A DNA stretch of 64,000 nucleotides from the human T2T-CHM13v2.0 reference genome, Homo sapiens. The translations under genes were made by a program, and so were the position numbers. The stretch lies in assembly GCF_009914755.1 (NCBI RefSeq), contig NC_060945.1. One strand, 5' to 3'. The notes under the pieces are model-generated. The model was not told the origin of the DNA and made no database searches. It saw only the letters and a program-made list of their open reading frames with translations. Below are positions 1-15,400 of the stretch, one piece after another (position 1 is the first letter of the stretch; every line of letters begins with the position of its first letter).

Positions 1-927
1 GATGGAACGGAATGGAATGCAATGGAACGGAATGGAATGGAATGGAATGGAATGGAATGGAATGGTATGGAATGAAATGGAAAGGAACGGAATAGAATCA
101 ACCCAAGTGGAACGGAATGGAATGGAATGGAAGGGAATCAACACGAGTGGAATGGAATGGAAAGGAATGCAATGGAATGGAATGGAATGGAATGGAATGG
201 AATGGAATCTACCCGAGTGGAGTAGAATGGAATGGCATGGAATCATCTCCAGTGGAATGGAATGGAACGGAATGCAATAGAATGGAATGGAAATGAATGG
301 AATGGAATTCAATGGAATGAACCCGAGTGGAATGGCATGGTATGGAATGCAATGGAATGGATTGGAACAGAACGGAATGGAATGGAATGGAACTGATTGA
401 ATCCGAGTGGAATTGAATGGAAGGGAATGCATTGGAAAGGAATGGAAAGGATTCCACCGAGTGGAATGTAATGGATTTTAATGGAGTGGAATGGAATGGA
501 ATGGAATGGAATCAAAACAAATGGAAAGGAATGGAATGGAATGGAATAGAATGGAAAGGAATGGAATGTAACGGAATGGAATGGAATGGAATGAAATGGA
601 ATAAACACGAATGGAATGGAATGGAATGGAATGGAATGGATTGGAATGGAATGGAATGAATTGTAGTAAACCCGAATGGAATGGATTGGAATGGAATGGA
701 ATGGAATGGAATAGAATGGAGTGGAATGGAATAAACACCAGTGGAATGCAATGGAATCGAATGGAATGGATTGGAATGGAATTGAATGGAATGGAATGGA
801 ATGGAATTAACCCGAGTGGAGTAGAATGGAATGGAATGGAATCAACCCCAGTGGAATGGAATGGAATGGAATGCAAGAGAATGGAATGGAATGGAATGGA
901 ATGGAATGGAATGGAATTCAATGGAAT

Positions 928-937
928 CAACCCGAGT
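928..937 (+). repeat. Example of the HSat3 diagnostic decamer CAACCCGAGT (hundreds of copies and variants window-wide)
   Basis: Seen: CAACCCGAGT at 928-937. Variants CAACCCGAAT, CAACACGAGT, CAACCTGAGT, CAACCCAAGT, CATCCCGAGT and CCACCCGAGT recur throughout. Each replaces exactly two pentamers, so the 5-bp register is kept. Confidence 0.95.
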
Positions 938-1860
938 GGAATGGAATGGTATGGAATGCAATGGAATGGAGTGGAACAGAACGGAATGGAATGAAATGGA
1001 ATTGATTGAATCCGAGTGGAATTGAATGGAAGGGAATGCATTGCAAAGGAATGGAAAGGATTCAACCCGAGTGGAATGTAATGGATTGGAATGGAGTGGA
1101 ATGGAATGGAATGCAATGGAATGGAATCAACACAAATGGAATGGAATGGAATGGAATGGAATAGAATGGAAAGGAATGGAATGCAATCGAATGGAATGGA
1201 ATGGAATGAAATGGAAAAAACCCGAATGGAAAGGAATGGAATGGAAAGGAATGGAATGCAATGGAATGGAATGGAATGGAATGAAATGGAATAAACCCGA
1301 ATGGAATGGAATGGAATGGAATGGAATGAAATAGAATTTACCCGAGTGGAATGGAATATAATGAAATTAAATGGAATGGAATGGAATGGAATGGAATGGA
1401 ATGGAATGGGATGGAATGGAATCTACACGAGTGGAATGGAATGGAATGGAATTTAATGGAATGGAATGGAAAAGAATGGTATGGAATCAACCCGATAGGA
1501 ATGGGATAGAATGGAACGTAATGGAACGGAATGGAATGGAATAAAATGGAATGGAATGGAATGGAAACAACCCGAGTGGAATGGAATGGAATGAAATGGA
1601 ATGGAATGGAATGGAAAGGAATACAACAAATTGGAAACAACCCGAGTGGAATGGCATGGAATGGAATGGACTTGAATATAATGGAATGGATTGGAATCAA
1701 CCCGATTAGAAACTAATGGAATGGAATGAAATGGAGTGGAATGGAATGGAATGGAATGGAATGGAATGGAATGGAATGGAATGGAATTTACCCGAGTGGA
1801 ATGGAATGTAATGAAATTAAATGGAATGGAATGGAATGGAATGGAATGGAATGGAATGGA

Positions 1861-4800
1861 ATCAACCTGAATGGAACGGAATGGAATGGAATGGAATGGA
1901 ATGGAATGGAATGGAATGGAATGGTACCAACCAGAGTGGAATCGAATGGAATTGAATGGAATGGAACGGAATAGAATGCAATGGAATCAACTGGAATGGA
2001 ATGGAATTGAATGAAATGGAATGGAATCAACCTCAGTCAAATAGAATGGAATAGAATGGAATGGAATGGAATGGAATGGAATGGAATGGAATGGAATGGA
2101 AGGGAAAGGAACGGAATGGAATCAACCCGAGTGGAATGGAATGGAATGGAATGGAATCCACCCGAGTGGAATGGAATGGAATGGAATGCAATGGAATTGA
2201 ACGGAATATAATGGAATTAAATGGAATCATCCCGTGTGGAACGCAATGGTATCTAATGCAATGGAATGGAATGGTACAGAACGGAATGGAATGGAAGAAT
2301 AGATTGAATCCAAGTGGAATTGAATGGAATGGAATGGATTGGAAAGGAATGGAATGGATTGCAATGGATTGGAATGGAAAGGAATGGATTCAACCCGAGT
2401 GGAATGTAATGGATTGGAATGGAATGGAATGGAATGGAATGGAATGGAATCAACACGAATGGAATGGAACGGAATGGAATGGAATGGAATGGAATGGTAT
2501 GGTATGGAATGAAATGGAAAGGAACGGAACAGAATCAACCCAAGTGGAATGGAATGGAAAGGAATGCAATTGAATGGAATGGAATGGAATGGAATGGAAT
2601 GGAATGGAATGGAATGGAATCAACCCGAGTGGAGTAGAATGGAATGGAATGGAATGAACCGCAGTGGAATGGATTGGAATGGAATGCAATAGAATGGAAT
2701 GGAATGGAATGGAATGGAATGGAATTCAATGGAATCAACCCGAGTAGAATGGAATGGTATGGAATGCAGTGGAATGGAGTGGAACAGAACGGAATGGAAT
2801 GGAATGGAAATGATTGAATCTGAGTGGAATTGAATGGAAGGGAAAGCATTGGAAAGGAATGGAAAGGATTCAACCCGAGTGGAATGTAATGGATTGGAAT
2901 GGAGTGGAATGTAATGGAATGGATTGGAATGGAATGGAATCAACACAAATGGAAAGGAATGGAATGGAATGGAATAGAATGGAAAGGAATGGAATGCAAT
3001 GGAATGGAATGGAATGGAATGAAATGGAATAAACCCGAATGGAATGGAATGGAATGGAATGGAATGGAATGGAATGGAATGAATTGGAATAAACCCGAAT
3101 GGAATGGAATGTAATGGAATGGAATGGAATGGAGTGGAATGGAATAAACACCAGTGGAATGAAATGGAATGGAATGGAATGGTATGGAATGGAATGGAAT
3201 GGAAAGGAATGAAATCAACCCCAGTATAATGGAACAGAATGGAAATGAATGCAATGGAATGGAAAGGAATGGAATCAACTGGAATGGAATGAAATGGAAT
3301 GGAATGGAGTGGAATGGAATGGAATGCATTGGAATCAACAAGAGTGAAATGCAATGGAATGGAATGGAATGGAATGGAATGGAATGGAATGGAATGGAAT
3401 AGAATGGAATCAACCCGAGTGGAGTGAAATCAAATGGAATGGAATGGAATGGAATCAACCTGAGTGGAACGGAATGGAATGGAATGGAATGGAATGGAAT
3501 GGTATCAACCAGAGTGGAATGGAATGGAATTGAATGGAATGGAATGGAATGGAATGCAATGGAATCAACTGGAATGGAATGGAATGGAATGGAATGGAAC
3601 GGAATGGAATGGAAACTACTGGAATGGAATGGAAGCAACCCGAGTGGAATGGAATGCAATGAATGGAATGGAGTGGAATGGAATGGAATGGAATGGAATC
3701 AACACGAGTGGACTGCAACGGAATGAAATGGAATGGAATGGAATGGAATGGAATGGAACTGAACGGAACAGAACGGAATTGAATGGAATGGAATCAACCC
3801 AAGTGGAAAGGAACGGAATGGAATGGAATGGAATGGAATGGAATGGAATGGAATGGAATAGCATGCAATCAACTTTGGTGGAATGGTATGGAATGGTATG
3901 GTATGGAATAGAATGGAATGGAATGGTATGGAATGGAATGGAATAAAAGGGCATGGAATGGAATGGAATCAACCCGAGAGGAATGGAATGGAATGGAATG
4001 GAATGGAATGGAATGGAATGGAAATGAATCAAACCGAGTGGAATGGAATAGAATGGAATGGAATGGAATGGAAACAATGCAATGCAATTGTATCAACGGG
4101 AATGGAATGCATTGGAATGGAATGGAATGGAATCACCCTGAGTGGATAGGAATGGAATGGAAGGGAAACTAATGGAACGGAATGGAAACAACCTGAGTGG
4201 AATGGAATGGAATGGAATGGAATGGAACACAACAAAATGGAAACAACCCGAGTGGAATGGCATGGAATGGAAAGGACTTGAATATAATGGAATGGATTGG
4301 AATCAACCCGATTACAAACTAATGGAAAGCAATGGAATGGAATGGAATGGAATGGAATGGAATGGAATTTACCCGAGTGGAATGGAATGTAACGAAATTA
4401 AATGGAATGGAATGGAATGGAATGGAATGGAATGGAATGGAATGGAATACTACAAAATGGCAACAATCCGAGTGGAATAAAATGGAATGGAAAGGACCTG
4501 AATATAATGGAATGGATTGGAATCAACACGATTAGAAACTAATGGAATGGAATGGAATGGAATTGAATGGAATGGAATGGAAACTACCCGAGTGGAATGG
4601 AAGGTAATGGAATGGAGTGGAATGGAATGGAATGGAATGGAATGGAATGGAACAGAATCGAATCCAATGGAATCAACTGGAATGGAATGGAATGCAATGG
4701 AATGGAATGGAATGGAATGGGATCAATCCGGGTGGAATGGAATAGAATATAATGGAGTGGAATGGAATGGAAGGGAGTGGAATGGAGTGGAATGGAATGG

Positions 4801-7800
4801 AATGGAATGGAATCAACACGAATGGAATGGAAGGGAATGGAATGGAATGGAATGGAATGGAATGGAATGGAATGGAGTCCACCCGAGTTGAATGGAATGG
4901 AATGGAATGGAACGGAATATAATGGAATGGAACGGAATCATCCCGAGTGGAATGGAATGGTATGGAATTCAATAGAATGGAATGGAACAGAACGGAATGA
5001 AATGGAATGGAATAGATTGAATGCGAGTGGAATTGAATGGAATGGAACGGATTGGAATGGAATGGAATGGATTGGAGTGGAATGGAATGGAATCAACACG
5101 AATGGGATGGAACGGAATGGAATGGAATGGAAAGGAACGGAATGGAATCAACCCGAGTGGAATGGAATGGAATGGAATGGAATCCACCCGAGTGGAATGA
5201 AATCGAATGGAATGCAATGGAATTGAACGGAATATAATGGAATTAAAAGGAATCATCCCGAGTGGAATGGAATGGAATCTAATGCAATGGTATCTAATGC
5301 AATGGAATGGAATGAAACAGAACGGAAAGGAATGGAAAGAATAGATTGAATCCAAGTGGAATTGAATGGAATAGAATGGATTGGAAAGGAATGGAATGGA
5401 TTGGAATGGATTGGAATGGAAAGGAATGTATTCAACCAGAGTGGAATGTAATGGATTGGAATGGAATGGAATGGAATGGAATGGAATGGAATGGAATGGA
5501 ATACAATGGAATCAACACGAATGGAATGGAACGGAATGGAATGGAATGGAATGGAATGGAATGGTATGGAATGAAATGGAAAGGAACGGAATAGAATCAA
5601 CCAAAGTGGAATGGAATGGAATGGAATGGAAGGGAATCAACACGAGTGGAATGGAATGGAAAGGAATGCAATGGAATGGAAAGGAATGGAATGGAATGGA
5701 ATGGAATGGAATGGAATGGAATCAACTCGAGTGGAGTAGAATGGAATGGAATGGAATCAATCCCAGTGGAATGGAATGGAATCGAATGGAATGGAATGGA
5801 ATAAAAGGGCATGGAATAGAACGGAATCAACCTGAATGGAAAGGAACGGAATGGAGTGGAATGGTATGGAATGGAATGGAAACTACTGGAATGGAATGGA
5901 AACAACCCGAGTGGAATGGAATGCAATGGAATGGAATGGAGGGGAATGGATTGGAATGGAATGGAATCAACACGAGTGGACTGCAACGGAATGAAATGGA
6001 ATGGAATGCAATGGAATGGAATGGAACGGAACGGAACGGAACGGAATTGAATGGAATGGAATCAACCCAAGGGGAAAGGAATGGAATGGAATGGAATGGA
6101 ATGGAATGGAATGGAAGAGCATGCAATCAAATATGGTGGAATGGTATGGAATGGTATGGAATGGAATGGAATGGAATGGAATGGTATGGAATGGAATGGA
6201 ATAAAAGGGCATGGAATGGAATGAAATCAACCCGACAGGAATGGAAAGGAATGGAATGGAATGGAATGGAATGGAATGGAATGGAATGGAAATGAATCAA
6301 ACCGAGTGGAATGGAACGGAATGGCATGGAAACAATGCAATGCAATGGTATCAACGGGAATGGAATGCATTGGAATGGAATGGAATGTAATCACCCTCAG
6401 TGGATAGGATTGGAATGGAAGGGAATGGAAAGGAATGGAATGGAATGGAAACTAATGGAATGGAATGGAAACAACCCGAGTGGAATGGAATGGAATGGAA
6501 TGGAATGGAATGGAATGGAATGGAATACAACAAAATGGAAACAACCCGAGTGGAATGGCATGGAATGGAAAGGACTTGAATATAATGGAATGGATTGGAA
6601 TCCACCCGATTAGAAACTAATGGAATTGAATGGAATGGAATGGAATAGAATGGAATGGAATGGAATGGAATGGAATGGAATCTACCCGAGTGGAATGGAA
6701 TTGAATGGAATTCAATGGAATGGAATGGAATAGAATGGTATGGAATCAACCCGTGTGGAATGGTATAGAATGGAACGTAATGGAACGGAATGGAATGGAA
6801 TAAAACAGAATGGAATGGAATGGAAACAACCCGAGTGGGATGGAATGGAATGGAATGGAGTGGAATGGAATGGAATAGAATGGAATGGAATGAAATGGAA
6901 TAGAATGAAATGGAAAGGAATGGAATGGAAATAACCCGAGTGGAATGGAATGGAATGGAATGGAATGGAATGGAATCAACCCGAGTTAAATGGAATGGAA
7001 TGGAATGGAACGGAATATAATGGAATGTAACGGAATCATCCCGACTGGAATGGAATGGTATGGAATGCAATGGAATGGAGTGGAACAGAACGGAATGGAA
7101 TGGAATGGAATTGATTGAAACCGAGTGGAATTGAATGGAAGGGAATGCATTGGAAAGGAATGGAAAGGATTCAACCCGAGTGGAATGTAATGGATTGGAA
7201 TGGAGTGGAATGGAATGGAATGGAATGGAATGGAATGGAATCAACACAAATGGAATGGAATGGAATGGAATGGAATGGAATAGAATGGAAAGGAAAGGAA
7301 TGCAAAGGAATGGAAAGGAATGGAATGAAATGGAATAAACCCGAATGGAATGGAATGGAATGGAATGGAATGGAATGGAATGGAATGAATTGGAATAAAC
7401 CCGAATGGAATGGAATGGAATGGAATGGATTGGAATGGAATGGAATGGAGTGGAATGGAATAAACACCAGTTTAATGAAATGGAATGGAATGGAATGGAA
7501 TGGAATGGAAAGGAATGAAATCAAACCGAGTAGAATGGAACACAATGGAATGGATTGGAATGGAATGGAAAAGAATGGAGTCAACTGGAATGGAATGAAA
7601 TGGAATGGAATGGAGTGCAATGGAATGGAATGCAATGGAATCAACAAGAGTGAAATGCAATGGAATGGAATGGAATGGGATGGAATGGAATGGAATGGAA
7701 ACTACCCGAGTGGAATGGAAGGTAATGGAATGGAGTGGAATGGAATGGAATGGAATGGAATGGAACAGAATCGAATCCAATGGAATCAACTGGAATGGAA

Positions 7801-9474
7801 TGGAATGGAATGGAATGGAATGGAATGGAATGGAATGGAATCAATCCGGGTGGAATGGAATGGAATATAATGGAGTGGAATGGAATGGAAGGGAGTGGAA
7901 TGGAGTGGAATGGAATGGAATTGGAATGGAATCAACCCGAATGGAATGGAACGGAATGGAATGGAATGGAATGGAATGGAGTCCACCCGACTTGAATGGA
8001 ATGGAATGGAATGGAATGGAATATAATGGAATGGAACGGAATCATCCCGAGTGTAATGTAATGGTATGGAATTCAATAGAATGGAATGGAACAGAACGGA
8101 ATGAAATGGAATGGAATAGATTGAATGCGAGTGGAATTGAATGGAATGGAACGGATTGGAATGGAATGGAATGGATTGGAGTGGAATGGAATGGAATCAA
8201 GACCAATGGGATGGAACGGAATGGAATGGAATGGAAAGGAACGGAATGGAATCAACCCGAGTGGAATGGAATGGAATGGAATAGAATCCACCCGAGTGGA
8301 ATGGAATCGAATGGAATGCAATGGAATTGAACGGAATATAATGGAATTAAAAGGAATCATCCCGAGTGGAATGGAATGGAATCTAATGCAATGGTATCTA
8401 ATGCAATGGAATGGAATGAAACAGAACGGAAAGGAATGGAAAGAATAGATTGAATCTAAGTGGAATTGAATGGAATGGAATGGATTGGAAAGGAATGGAA
8501 TGGATTGGAATGGATTGGAATGGAAAGGAATGTATTCAACCAGAGTGGAATGTAATGGATTGGAATGGAATGGAATGGAATGGAATGAAATGGAATGGAA
8601 TGGAATGGAATGGAATGGAATGGAATCAACACGCATGGAATGGAACAGAATGGAATGGAATGGAATGGTATGGAATGAAATGGAAAGGAACGGAATAGAA
8701 TCAACCAAAGTGGAATGGAATGGAATGGAATGGAAGGGAATCAACACGAGTGGAATGGAATGGAAAGGAATGGAAAGGAATGCAATGGAATGGAATGGAA
8801 TGGAACGGAATGGAATGGAATGGAATGGAATGGAATGGAATGGAATGGAATGGAATCAACTCGAGTGGAGTAGAATGGAATGGAATGGAATCAACCCCAG
8901 TGGAATGGAATGGAATCGAATGGAAAGGAATGGAATAAACGGGCATGGAATAGAACCGAATCATCCTGAATGGAAAGGAACGGAATGGAGTGGAATGGTA
9001 TGGAATGGAATGGAATGGAAGGGAATCAACCCGAAGGGAATGGAATGAAATGGAATGGAATGGAATGGAATCGAATGGAATCAACCCGAGTGTACTGCAA
9101 CGAAATGAAATGGAATGGAATGGAATGGAAAGGAACAGAACGGAACGGAACGGAATTGAATGGAATGGAATCAACCCAAGTGGAAAGGAATGGAATGGAA
9201 TATAATGGAATGGAATGGAATAGCATGCAATCAAATTTGGTGGAATGGTATGGAATGGTATGGAATGGAATGGAATGGAATGGAATGGAATGGAATGGAA
9301 ACAACTGGAATCGAATGAAATGGAATGGAATGGAGTGGAATGGAATGGAATGCAATGGAATCAACAAGAGTGAAATGCAATGGAATGGAATGGAATGGGA
9401 TGGAATGGAATGGAATCAACCTGAGTGGAGTAGAATGGAATGGAATGGAATGGAATGGAATGGAATGGAATGGA
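1861..9474 (+). repeat. Left-domain higher-order unit A1 (~7.6 kb)
   Basis: Rare markers recur in the same order in A1/A2/A3: CCTCAGTCAAATAG (~2031/9630/16768), CATCCCGTGTGG (~2228/9822/16945), CCAGTATAAT (~3221/10765/17918), ATTACAAACT (4311/11809/19066) and GGGATCAATCCGGG (~4719/12202/19455). Confidence 0.85.
7699..9300 (+). repeat. Internal ~1.6 kb re-copy of 4580-6200 within unit A1
   Basis: AAACTACCCGAGTGGAATGGAAGGTAATGG occurs at 4581 and 7699. ORFs 5346..5594 and 8450..8698 are homologous (offset 3104). Confidence 0.8.
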
Positions 9475-12400
9475 ATCAACCTGAGTTGAACGGAATGGAA
9501 TGGAATGGAATGGAATGGAATGGTATCAACCAGAGTGGAATGGAATGGAATTGAATGGAATGGAACGGAATGGAATGCAATGGAATCAACTGGAATGGAA
9601 TGGAATTGAATGAAATGGAATGGAATCAACCTCAGTCAAATAGACTGGAATGGAATGGAATGGAATGGAATGGAATGGAATGGAATGGAATGGAAGGGAA
9701 AGGAACGGAATGGAATCAACCCGAGTGGAATGGAATGGAATGGAATGGAATCCACCCGAGTGGAATGGAATGGAATGGAATGCAATGGAATTGAACGGAA
9801 TATCATGGAATTAAATGGAATCATCCCGTGTGGGACGGAATGGTATCTAATGCAATGGAATGGAATGGAACAGAACGGAATGGAATGGAAGAATAGATTG
9901 AATCCAAGTGGAATTGAATGGAATGGAATGGATTGGAAAGGAATGGAATGGATTGCAATGGATTGGAATGGAAAGGAATGGATTCAACCCGAGTGGAATG
10001 TAATGGATTGGAATGGAATGGAATGGAATGGAATGGAATGGAATGGAATCAACACGAATGGAATGGAACGGAATGGAATGGAATGGAATGGAATGGAATG
10101 GTATGGAATGAAATGGAAAGGAACGGAACAGAATCAACCCAAGTGGAATGGAATGGAAAGGAATGCAATTGAATGGAATGGAATGGAATGGAATGGAATG
10201 GAATGGAATGGAATGGAATCAACCCGAGTGGAGTAGAATGGAATGGAATGGAATGAACCGCAGTGGAATGGAATGGAATGGAATGCAATAGAATGGAGTG
10301 GAATGGAATGGAACGGAATTCAATGGAATCAACCCGAGTGGAATGGAATGGTATGGAATGCAGTGGAATGGAGTGGAACAGAACGGAATGGAATGGAATG
10401 GAAATGATTGAATCTGAGTGGAATTGAATGGAAGGGAAAGCATTGGAAAGGAATGGAAAGGATTCAACCCGAGTGGAATGTAATGGATTGGAATGGAGTG
10501 GAATGTAATGGAATGGATTGGAATGGAATGGAATCAACACAAATGGAAAGGAATGGAATGGAATGGAATAGAATGGAAAGGAACGGAATGCAATGGAATG
10601 GAATGTAATGGAATGAAATGGAATAAACCCGAATGGAATGGAATGGAATGGAATGGAATGGAATGGAATGGAATGGAGTGGAATGGAATAAACACCAGTG
10701 GAATGAAATGGAATGGAATGGAATGGTATGGAATGGAATGGAATGGAAAGGAATGAAATCAACCCCAGTATAATGGAACAGAATGGAAATGAATGCAATG
10801 GAATGGAAAGGAATGGAATCAACTGGAATGGAATGAAATGGAATGGAATGGAGTGGAATGGAATGGAATGCATTGGAATCAACAAGAGTGAAATGCAATG
10901 GAATGCAATGGAATGGAATGGAATGGAATGGAATGGAATGGAATGGAATAGAATGGAATCAACCCGAGTGGAGTGAAATCAAATGGAATGGAATAGAATG
11001 GAATCAACCTGAGTGGAACGGAATGGAATGGAATGGAATGGTATCAACCAGAGTGGAATGGAATGGAATTGAATGGAATGGAATGGAATGGAATGCAATG
11101 GAATCAACTGGAATGGAATGGAATGGAATGGAATGGAACGGAATTGAATGGAAACTACTGGAATGGAATGGAAACAACCCGAGTGGAATGGCATGCAATG
11201 AATGGAATGGAGTGGAATGGAATGGAATGGAATGGAATCAACACGAGTGTACTGCAATGGAATGAAATGGAATGGAATGGAATGGAATGGAAAGGAACAG
11301 AACGGAACAGAACGGAATTGAATGGAATGGAATCAACCCAAGTGGAAAGGAATGGAATGGAATGGAATGGAAGGAATGGAATGGAATGGAATGGAATAGC
11401 ATGCAATCAACTTTGGTGGAATGGTATGGAATGGTATGGTATGGAATGGAATGGAATGGAATGGAATGGAATGGAATGGAAATGAATCAAACCGAGTGGA
11501 ATGGAATAGAATGGAATGGAATGGAATGGAAACAATGCAATGCAATTGTATCAACGGGAATGCAATGCATTGGAATGGAATGGAATGGAATCACCCTGAG
11601 TGGATAGGAATGGAATGGAAGGGAGTGGAAAGGAATGGAATGGAATGGAAACTAATGGAATGGAATGGAAACAACCCGAGTGGAATGGAATGGAATGGAA
11701 TGGAATGGAATGGAATGGAATGGAATACAACAAAATGGAAACAACTCGAGTGGAATGGCATGGAATGGAAAGGACTTGAATATAATGGAATGGATTGGAA
11801 TCAACCCGATTACAAACTAATGGAAAGCAATGGAATGGAATGGAATGGAATTTACCCGAGTGGAATGGAATGTAACGAAATTAAATGGAATGGAATGGAA
11901 TGGAATGGAATGGAATGGAATGGAATGGAATACTACAAAATGGCAACAATCCGAGTGGAATGGCATGGAATGGAAAGGACCTGAATATAATGGAATGGAT
12001 TGGAATCAACACGATTAGAAACTAATGGAATGGAATGGAATGGAATGGAATGGAATGGAATGGAAACTACCCGAGTGGAATGGAATGTAATGGAATGGAG
12101 TGGAGTGGAATGGAATGGAATGGAATGGAATGGAACAGAATCGAATCCAATGGAATCAACTGGAATGGAATGGAATGCAATGGAATGGAATGGAATGGAA
12201 TGGGATCAATCCGGGTGGAATGGAATAGAATATAATGGAGTGGAATGGAATGGAAGGGAGTGGAATGGAGTGGAATGGAATGGAATTGAATGGAATCAAC
12301 ACGAATGGAATGGAAGGGAATGGAATGGAATGGAATGGAATGGAATGGAATGGAATGGAGTCCACCCGAGTTGAATGGAATGGAATGGAATGGAACGGAA

Positions 12401-15400
12401 TATAATGGAATGGAACGGAATCATCCCGAGTGGAATGGAATGGTATGGAATTCAATAGAATGGAATGGAACAGAACGGAATGAAATGGAATGGAATAGAT
12501 TGAATGCGAGTGGAATTGAATGGAATGGAACGGATTGGAATGGAATGGAATGGATTGGAGTGGAATGGAATGGAATCAACACGAATGGGATGGAACGGAA
12601 TGGAATGGAATGGAAAGGAATGGAATGGAATCAACCCGAGTGGAATGGAATGGAATGGAATGGAATCCACCCGAGTGGAATGGAATCGAATGGAATGCAA
12701 TGGAATTGAACGGAATATAATGGAATTAAAAGGAATCATCCCGAGTGGAATGGAATGGAATCTAATGCAATGGTATCTAATGCAATGGAATGGAATGAAA
12801 CAGAACGGAAAGGAATGGAAAGAATAGATTGAATCCAAGTGGAATTGAATGGAATGGAATGGATTGGAAAGGAATGGAATGGATTGGAATGGATTGGAAT
12901 GGAAAGGAATGTATTCAACCAGAGTGGAATGTAATGGATTGGAATGGAATGGAATGGAATGGAATGGAATGGAATGGAATGGAATGCAATGGAATCAACA
13001 CGAATGGAATGGAATGGAATGGAATGGAATGGAATGGAATGGAATGGAATGGAATGAAATGGAAAGGAACGGAATAGAATCAACCAAAGTGGAATGGAAT
13101 GGAATGGAATGGAAGGGAATCAACACGAGTGGAATGGAATGGAAAGGAATGCAATGGAATGGAAAGGAATGGAATGGAATGGAAAGGAATGGAATGGAAT
13201 GGAATGGAATCAACTCGAGTGGAGTAGAATGGAATGGAATGGAATCAACCCCAGTGGAATGGAATGGAATCGAATGGAATGGAATGGAATAAAAGGGCAT
13301 GGAATAGAACGGAATCAACCTGAATGGAAAGGAACGGAATGGAGTGGAATGGTATGGAATGGAATGGAAACTACTGGAATGGAATGGAAACAACCCGAGT
13401 GGAATGGAATGCAATGGAATGGAATGGAGGGGAATGGATTGGAATGGAATGGAATCAACACGAGTGGACTGCAACGGAATGAAATGGAATGGAATGGAAT
13501 GGAATGGAATGGAACGGAACGGAACGGAACGGAATTGAATGGAATGGAATCAACCCAAGGGGAAAGGAATGGAATGGAATGGAATGGAATGGAATGGAAT
13601 GGAAGAGCATGCAATCAAATTTGGTGGAATGGTATGGAATGGTATGGAATGGAATGGAATGGAATGGAATGGAATGGTATGGAATGGAATGGAATAAAAG
13701 GGCATGGAATGGAATGAAATCAACCCGACAGGAATGGAAAGGAATGGAATGGAATGGAATGGAATGGAATGGAATGGAATGGAATGGAAATGAATCAAAC
13801 CGAGTGGAATGGAACGGAATGGCATGGAAACAATGCAATGCAATGGTATCAACGGGAATGGAATGCATTGGAATGGAATGGAATGGAATCACCCTGAGTG
13901 GATAGGATAGGAATGGAAGGGAATGGAAAGGAATGGAATGGAATGGAAACTAATGGAATGGAATGGAAACAACCCAAGTGGAATGGAATGGAATGGAATG
14001 GAATGGAATGGAATGGAATGGAATGGAATGGAATACAACAAAATGGAAACAACCCGAGTGGAATGGCATGGAATGGAAAGGACTTGAATATAATGGAATG
14101 GATTGGAATCCACCCGATTAGAAACTAATGGAATTGAATGGAATGGAATGGAATAGAATGGAATGGAATGGAATGGAATGGAATGGAATGGAATCTACCC
14201 GAGTGGAATGGAATTGAATGGAATTTAATGTAATGGAATAGAATAGAATGGTATCGAATCAACCCGAGTGGAATGGTATAGAATGGAACGTAATGGAACG
14301 GAATGGAATGGAATAAAACAGAATGGAATGGAATGGAAACAACTCGAGTGGGATGGAATGGAATGGAATGGAGTGGAATGGAATGGAACAGAATGGAATG
14401 GAATGAAATGGAATAGAATGAAATGGAAATGAATGGAATGGAAATAACCCGAGTGGAATGGAATGGAATGGAATGGAATGGAATGGAAAGGAATCAACCC
14501 GAGTTAAATGGAATGGAATGGAATGGAACGGAATATAATGGAATGGAACGGAATCATCCCGACTGGAATGGAATGGTATGGAATGCAATGGAATGGAGTG
14601 GAACAGAACGGAATGGAATGGAATGGAATTGATTGAATCCGAGTGGAATTGAATGGAAGGGAATGCATTGGAAAGGAATGGAAAGGATACAACCCGAGTG
14701 GAATGTAATGGATTGGAATGGAGTGGAATGGAATGGAATGGAATGGAATGGAATGAAATCAACAGAAATGGAATGGAATGGAATGGAATGGAATAGAATG
14801 GAAAGGAATGGAATGCAAAGGAATGGAATGGAATGGAATGAAATGGAATAAACCCGAATGGAATGGAATGGAATGGAATGGAATGGAATGGAATGGAATG
14901 GAATGAATTGGAATAAACCCGAATGGAATGGAATGGAATGGAATGGAATGGAATGGAATGGAATGGAGTGGAATGGAATAAACACCAGTTTAATGAAATG
15001 GAATGGAATGGAATGGAATGGAATGGAATGGAAAGGAATGAAATCAAACCGAGTAGAATGGAACACAATGGAATGGATTGGAATGGAATGGAAAAGAATG
15101 GAATCAACTGGAATGGAATGAAATGGAATGGAATGGAGTGCAATGGAATGGAATGCAATGGAATCAACAAGAGTGAAATGCAATGGAATGGAATGGAATG
15201 GAATGGAATGGAATGGAATGGAATGGAATAGAATGGAATCAACACGAGTGGAGTGAAATAAAATGGAATGGAATGGAATAGAATCAACCTGAGTGGAACG
15301 GAATGGAATGGAATGGAATGGTATCAACCAGAGTGGAATGGAATGGAATTGAATGGAATGGAACGGAATGGAATGCAATGGAATGAACTGGAATGGAATG

